Positions 56,280-64,000 of a DNA stretch of 64,000 bases are shown piece after piece. Under the pieces are notes generated by a model, which had not been told where the DNA came from, ran no database searches, and saw only the letters and a list, made by a program, of their open reading frames with translations. Origin of the DNA: Eledone cirrhosa (lineage: Eukaryota). How positions within the stretch are numbered: the stretch's first letter is position 1; each line of letters opens with the position of its first letter. The position numbers and the translations under genes are program-made. Where the stretch lies: NCBI GenBank assembly GCA_964016885.1, contig OZ024748.1:20708001-20772000 (forward strand), read 5' to 3'.

Positions 56280-58455
56280 ACTTTACACACATATATATAC
56301 ACACACATATATATACACATACACATATATACACACACATATATATACACACACACATATACACACACACACACACATATACACACACATATATACACAC
56401 ACATATATATACACACACACACATATATATACACACACACATATATATACACACATATATATATACACACACATATACACACACACATATATATACACAC
56501 ACATATATATACACACACACATATATACACACACACATATACACACACATATACACACACACATATATATACACACATATATATACACACATATATACAC
56601 ACATATATATATACACACATATATACACACACACATATATACACAGACACACATATATATACACACACATATATATACACACACACATATATATACACAC
56701 ACATATATATACACACACATATATATATACACACACACATATACACACACACATATATATACACACACATATATATACACACACACACATATACACACAC
56801 ATATACACACACACATATATACACACACATATATATACACACACATATATATACACACACATATATATACACACACATATACACACACACACATATATAT
56901 ACACACACATATATACACACACACACATATACACACACACATATATATACACACACACATATATACACACACACATATATATACACACATATATGCACAC
57001 ACACACATATATACACACACATATATATATACACACACATATACACACACACATATATATACACACACACATATATACACACACACATATATATACACAC
57101 ATATATGCACACACACACATATATACACACACTTATATATATACACACACATATACACACACACATACATATACACACACATATATATACACATATATAT
57201 ACACACACATATATACACACACACAAATATATACACACACACATATATACACACACATATATATACACACACATATACACACACATATATATACACACAC
57301 ATATATATACACACACACATATACACACACACATATATATATACACACACACATATATACACACACATATATATACACACATATATGCACACACACATAT
57401 ATACACACACATATATATACACACACATATATATATACACACACATATACACACACACATATATATACACACACATATATACACACACACATATACACAG
57501 ACACACATATATATACACACATATATATACACACACACATATACACACACACATATATATACACACACATATATATACACACATATATATACACACACAT
57601 ATATATACACACACACACATATACACACATATACACACACACATATATATACACACACATATATATACACACACACATATATACACACACATATATATAC
57701 ACACACATATACACACACACATATATATACACACACACATATATACACACACACATATATATACACACATATATGCACACACACACATATATACACACAC
57801 ATATATATATACACACACATATACACACACACATATATATACACACACATATATATACACACACACATATATACACACATATATATACACACACACATAT
57901 ATACACACACATATATATACACACACACATATATATACACACATATATATATACACACATATATATACACACATATACACACACACATATATACACACAC
58001 ATATATATACACACACACATGTATACACACATATACACACACACATATATACACACACACATATATATACACACACATATATATACACACACACATATAT
58101 ACACACACATATATATACACACATATATATACACACACACACATATATACACAGACACACATATATATACACACACATATATATACACACACATATACAC
58201 ACACACATATATATACACACACATATATATACACACACACATACACACACACACATATATATACACACACACATATATACACACACATATATATACACAC
58301 ACATATATATACACACACATATATACACACACATATATATACACACATATACACACACACATATATACACATACACATATATACACACACACATATATAT
58401 ACACACACATATATATATACACACATATATGTACACACACATATATATATATACA
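56190..58455. repeat. Mixed (CA)n(TA)n satellite
   Basis: Direct reading. Confidence 0.95.
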
Positions 58456-59401
58456 CTCACATCTATCGTTTTTTATATCTCACCTCTTTCCTCACAATCA
58501 TTTCTCTAACAATTAATCAATTTCTTTAACAAGCAGTTATTCATCAAATAACAGCCGAGTTAATTTAATTGAACTGACAGCTAATGAGAAGGGGGCTTAA
58601 TGGGGGGGGGGGTAACGTAAAGAGAGAGGTGGATAGAGAGAGGATGAGAGAGGGGGTGGAGGATAGAGAGGAGTGAGAGTAAGAGGGTGAGACAAAGAGT
58701 GTGGGAGAGAGAGTGTGGGAGACAGAGAGGGACGAGAGGGTGGGATAGAGGGAAGGTGAGAGAGTGGGAGTAAGGGTGAGAGAGAGAAAGGATAGAAAGA
58801 GGGTGTTAGAGAGAGAGAGAGGGTGAGAGTGAGAGAGGGGAGTGAGAGTGAGGGTGGGAGAAAGGGTGCGAGAGGGTGAGAGAGAAAGAGAGGGGGCGAC
58901 AGAGGGAGGGGGCGAGAGTGAGGGGGCGACACGGAGAGAGGGTGAAAGAGAGAGGGTGTTAGAGAGAGGGTGAGAGTGTGGGTGGGAGAAAGGGTGCGAG
59001 AGGGTGAGAGAGATATAGTGAGAGAAAATGTAAGAGATATGGTGAGAGAGAGAGTGGTGGAGATAGAGAGAGAGAGAGGAGGGAGAGATAGACATGGGGC
59101 TGAGAGAGAGATTGAGATAGAGGGTTGAGACAGAGTGAGGGTGATGATGAAAGTTAGGGTGAGAGTTAGGGTGAGAGTGAGAGGGTGGGATAGGATGGCG
59201 AGAAAGAGAGAGGGGAGAGAGTGAGTGGGGGAGATAGAGAGGAGGTGAAAGAGAGGGCGAGATAGCGGGTGAGAGAGAGGGTGAGAGAGACATGCACGCA
59301 CAGGGAAACATAAATACAAATAGACTGGCCAAGAGGGAGAAAGAGACATACACAGACATATACATACATATACATACATAAACAGACTGACAGGCAGCCA
59401 A

Positions 59402-59442
<41 letters not shown>

Positions 59443-59467
59443 CATATATACAGAGAGAGAGAGAGAG

Positions 59468-59498
<31 letters not shown>

Positions 59499-59562
59499 CG
59501 GACAAAAACATACAGAAGCACACACAGTCACACAAATATACATACACACATACATGTGTATG

Positions 59563-59593
<31 letters not shown>

Positions 59594-59651
59594 AGAGAGA
59601 GAGAGTGACGAGAGAGAGAGAGACTGAGAAAAACATACAGACGCACGCACA

Positions 59652-59709
<58 letters not shown>

Positions 59710-59842
59710 TGAAGAGAGAGAATGAGAGAGAGAGACCAAGGAATACTCCAGACATATAGATACAAATAAGGGAGAATCAGTGAAAGAAAGAGCGAGAGAG
59801 AAAGAAAGAGAAAGAGACAGAGAGAAAGAGAGAGATAGAGAG

Positions 59843-59937
<95 letters not shown>

Positions 59938-60193
59938 GGGGAATATATAAAAAAGATAAAACTGCTTTATATTTTCTTTGGCTTTTGCTTCCAATGAGAA
60001 ACTGTGGTGATGACTGGAATTCTCAAGCTATTGCTAATGTCCTTCAGTTTAGCTTCATTCATTGTTCCTGGCTATCTTGCTTAGCAAGTGTTTTGATATA
60101 AGTATATATATGTATATATCTACATATATATACTAATACATATATATGTGTGTGTGTATAAATACGTAATATATATATATATATATATATATA

Positions 60194-60910
60194 CTAGCAT
60201 AAAAGCCCGGCGTTGCTCGGGGTCAGTAAGTTACCAAAGTTAGGTTGCACCACCCATTTTATGGCAGCACTTTTTTGTCTGCCAGGCACTGGGTGAATGA
60301 ATTGCAGACCTGGACTGCCGAAGCAGGAGCTGCGCCAGCAGTGACAATTGTAGTTTCGCCTATGGATATTATCCCTGTGCAAAGAAGTGTTGAAATTTAT
60401 TGTTTCACAGTACTTGCGCAACACGCGCGTAGACGATGCCAGCCGAACAACAGAGATGCAATGGAGTTGTTCTGCATGGTTGTCTAATGTGTGTTTTCTA
60501 AATTTAAGACAGTAGGGAGGGGTGTGATATGGGAGAGAGTTAGCTGTTGTTTCTATCAGGTTTAGTGACCTCATGGAGGATATGTGTTTTCTAAATTTAA
60601 GACAGTAGGGAGTGGTGTGATATGGGGCAGAGTTAGCTGCTGTTTCTAGCAGGTTTAGTGCCCTCATAGAGGATATGTTTTCTAAATTTAAGACAGTGAG
60701 GAGGGGTGTGATATTGGGGAGAGTTAGCTGCTGTTTCTAGCAGGTTTAGTGACCTCATAGAGGATATGTTTTCTAAATTTAAGACAGTAGGGAGTAGTGT
60801 GAAATGGGGGAGAGTTAGCTGCTGTTTCTAGCAGGTTTAGTGACCTCATAGAGGATATGTTTTCTAAATTTAAGACAGTAGGGAGGGGTGTGATATGGGG
60901 GAGAGTTAAG
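60194..60910 (-). mobile_element. Non-autonomous Helitron-like element, 3' end; far boundary uncertain
   Basis: A|CTAG terminus followed by the hairpin CCCGGCGTTGCTCGGG, the same as at 61775. Confidence 0.6.
60490..60908. repeat. Tandem array of about 91-93 bp, about 4.5 copies
   Basis: TGTTTTCTAAATTTAAGACAGT recurs five times. Confidence 0.92.
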
Positions 60911-61322
60911 TTCTCTTTGTCATTGAAGTAAATAAATGTTTGACCGTTCCACACTCAAAAATAAACGTTCTCTCTCTCTCTCCCTCTCACCTCTCTTCTC
61001 TCTCTCTCTTCGGCGTTCCTAAAGGAAGTTTGTAAGCATGTATGTAGTTTTATCGAATTTGAAGGGGAGTAGAGAGAGGTAAGCAGATTCTATTAGAGGG
61101 GTAAAGCGTCATGTATTTAGTTTTATCGATTATTTCCATAATTGTGGGTGAGTTTGAATGGAATAAATAGTCGTTGACCTAAGTTAGACCATTTACAACA
61201 TTCTCACAGACATTGAGTCGAATCAGTTTGAAATTGTGCAAATCTATAAACATGGAACATGTGCACACACACACAACAACAACAACAATCTGCCTTTTAT
61301 AGATAATGATATATACATACAT

Positions 61323-61412
<90 letters not shown>

Positions 61413-61691
61413 TTCGTTTTCGTTTCTGAATTTGTTTAGCAAGATTCTTTATCTGAAAACGTGTGTTGAAACCGATATTGTTATACTTTGGAAGTGTCAT
61501 GTTGCCAATAAGAAACACACGCACCAGTTCTTTCACTCCAATATATTATAAATTAAATTTATAAATTTAAGAATTTATAAATTTCCGGTTGGTCGGTTGG
61601 TTCCACAACCGGACGGTTGTTCATATATTGTCAAAGTTCTTTCGTCACACATGACTGGGGATTCTTTTCTTTGTTTTTGTGCCTCTCCCCA

Positions 61692-61732
61692 GTCACTGAA
61701 GAGGTCACAGAATGTGTGACGAAAGAACGTTG

Positions 61733-61734
<2 letters not shown>
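61692..61734 (+). ncRNA. Degenerate hammerhead motif
   Basis: GTCA-CTGAAGA-G-GTCACA-GAATG-TGTGAC-GAAA-GAACGT-TGAC; stems I and II perfect, cleavage triplet mutated. Confidence 0.65.
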
Positions 61735-61771
<37 letters not shown>

Positions 61772-61774
61772 GAA

Positions 61775-62396
61775 CTAGCAGATGTACCCGGCGTTGCTCG
61801 GGAAATGAATGACAGCCTGTTTGTCCGTATAAAGAGTGCCAAAGGTTGAGCAAAGAATTGAAATGTAATTGTAAAAAACAGTTTAACAAAATGGGTGTAC
61901 AGTGTCATGATTGAGTGAAATAAACGGCAACATAAAAACAATTCATCGGGTAGCTTGAGTTAATTGACGTGAATGATTTCAGGTCCGGCCTTGCTGTAGT
62001 AGGTATGAGTAAGGGGATAAAGATGGAATAGACGCACCGTATGTCCTTCAGTAGACTAAACCCTATGCGTAAGATGGCGCTGCCACTACCACGTTGACCA
62101 TCCACTGGACATAGAAATATCATTCCTTGAAGCAAATCGACCTAATACTTCAAAAGTTAAAAGGAGCTTAGTATTTGTACACAGACAGATACACACACGA
62201 AATCGATTTTTCGGCCCCAATATCGATTTTTTTTCAAATTTGTTTTTGTCCAAAACCTGCTCTGGCATATAAGCAACATGTGTGCCAAATTTGGTTGAAA
62301 TCGGCCTAGTACTTCAAAGGTTAAAAGGAGCCTAGTATTTGTACACAGACACACAGACAGACACACACACACACACAGACCGACTTGCTTTTATAT
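61775..62396 (-). mobile_element. Non-autonomous Helitron-like element
   Basis: CTAG plus subterminal hairpin at one end; CCAAATTTGGTTGAAATCGG, ACAG/AC microsatellite and CTTTTATATAT at the other; internal duplication near 62127-62195 / 62296-62360. Confidence 0.7.
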
Positions 62397-62411
62397 ATAT
62401 ATATATATATA

Positions 62412-62873
62412 CAATGATATTAAATAAATGGAAACTATATTTATAAAATCATATTTATTTTATTATATATAAAATAAATATGATTTTTATTTTATTATTA
62501 TATCATATTTATTTTATTATTTATATTATTATATCATAATATTTTATTATTATATCATATTTATTTTATTATTTATATTATTATATCATAATATTTTATT
62601 ATTATATCATATTTATTTTATTATTTATATTATTATATCATATTATTTTATTATTATATCATATTTATTTTATTATTTATATTATTATATCATATTATTT
62701 TATTATCATATATTTATTTTATTATTTATAAAATAAATATGATTTTATAAATATAGTTTCCATTTATTTAATATCATTGAATATTTACTCCAGTAAAACT
62801 GTTGAGTGCTATAGATTAGTTATAAACATTTATATTTGTCGGACTTCCAACAAATTAAATACCCCTTCTACTT
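62412..62873 (+). mobile_element. Fold-back element related to 47915-48160, with the ribozyme core replaced by AT-rich repeats
   Basis: 52-bp perfect arms 62412-62463 / 62728-62779; shared tail TTTACTCCA..AAACTGTTGAGTGC..CCAACAAATTAAATA. Confidence 0.75.
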
Positions 62874-62942
62874 ATATATATATATATATATATGTGTATC
62901 TAAATGTAAGTATGCTGTGCTAGGGCAAGAAATAAAATTCTA

Positions 62943-63156
<214 letters not shown>

Positions 63157-63203
63157 ACATATATATATATATATATGTGTGTGTACATATATATATATAT
63201 ATA

Positions 63204-63384
<181 letters not shown>

Positions 63385-63432
63385 AAAAGAGTCAGGACCC
63401 CGACGGCTGAGCCCCGGCCGTTTCGTCGACAG

Positions 63433-63533
<101 letters not shown>

Positions 63534-64000
63534 CATACACATATATATATATAAATATATACATATAGATATACACACAAAAATCTATATACATATAGAC
63601 ATACATACTCATATATATATTTACATAGAGACATATATACATATGTATATATATATATAAATAATATATATATATATATTTATATTATATTTTTTAATTT
63701 ATTTTGAAAAATTGGTTGAATTTTACTTGTTCTGCTTATCTTAATATTAAAGTTCTGGTATATCAAAATAATACCATCGAACCACCTTGAATCATAGACA
63801 ACCTATGTATTTCCAGGGGTACTTAGTATCTTTGGACATATTAACTTCATTCATTTTCTCCGTTATGTAGAGAACAAATCTGTTGTTCTATTTAGCTGCT
63901 ATTTTTTTTAGTAGTAATTAGAGACAGCAAGTCTATGGTTTTCCCGCTTTTAAGTCGGTCCGGTTTACATACGGGTCACTTTTACGACCTTTCAGACCTG

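Overview
This is AT-rich, microsatellite-saturated animal DNA. The SINE families and repeat landscape resemble a coleoid cephalopod such as Octopus (inference). I can support no host protein-coding exon, and almost all long ORFs in the track are translations of microsatellites. The real content is mobile DNA: a young 5'-truncated Tx1/L1-clade LINE with a target-site duplication (375-2276); two R4/Dong-type RLE LINEs (15430-19750 +, 43073-45336 -); more than 20 copies of one tRNA-headed SINE in at least three variants; CORE-type SINEs; RTE-like non-autonomous elements; piggyBac- and Tigger-like MITEs; two non-autonomous Helitrons; and several minisatellites. The most notable signal is a set of short, ORF-less elements, mostly in or beside (TA)n tracts, built from type I hammerhead ribozyme motifs arranged as head-to-head inverted pairs: 12143-13737, 47958-48067, 48269-48399, 51876-52067, 55669-55996, 61623-61740, and a core-less relative at 62412-62779. 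They come from several families with different sequences and are probably Penelope-like pLTR derivatives. Coordinates and structures were read by eye and no search or folding was run.
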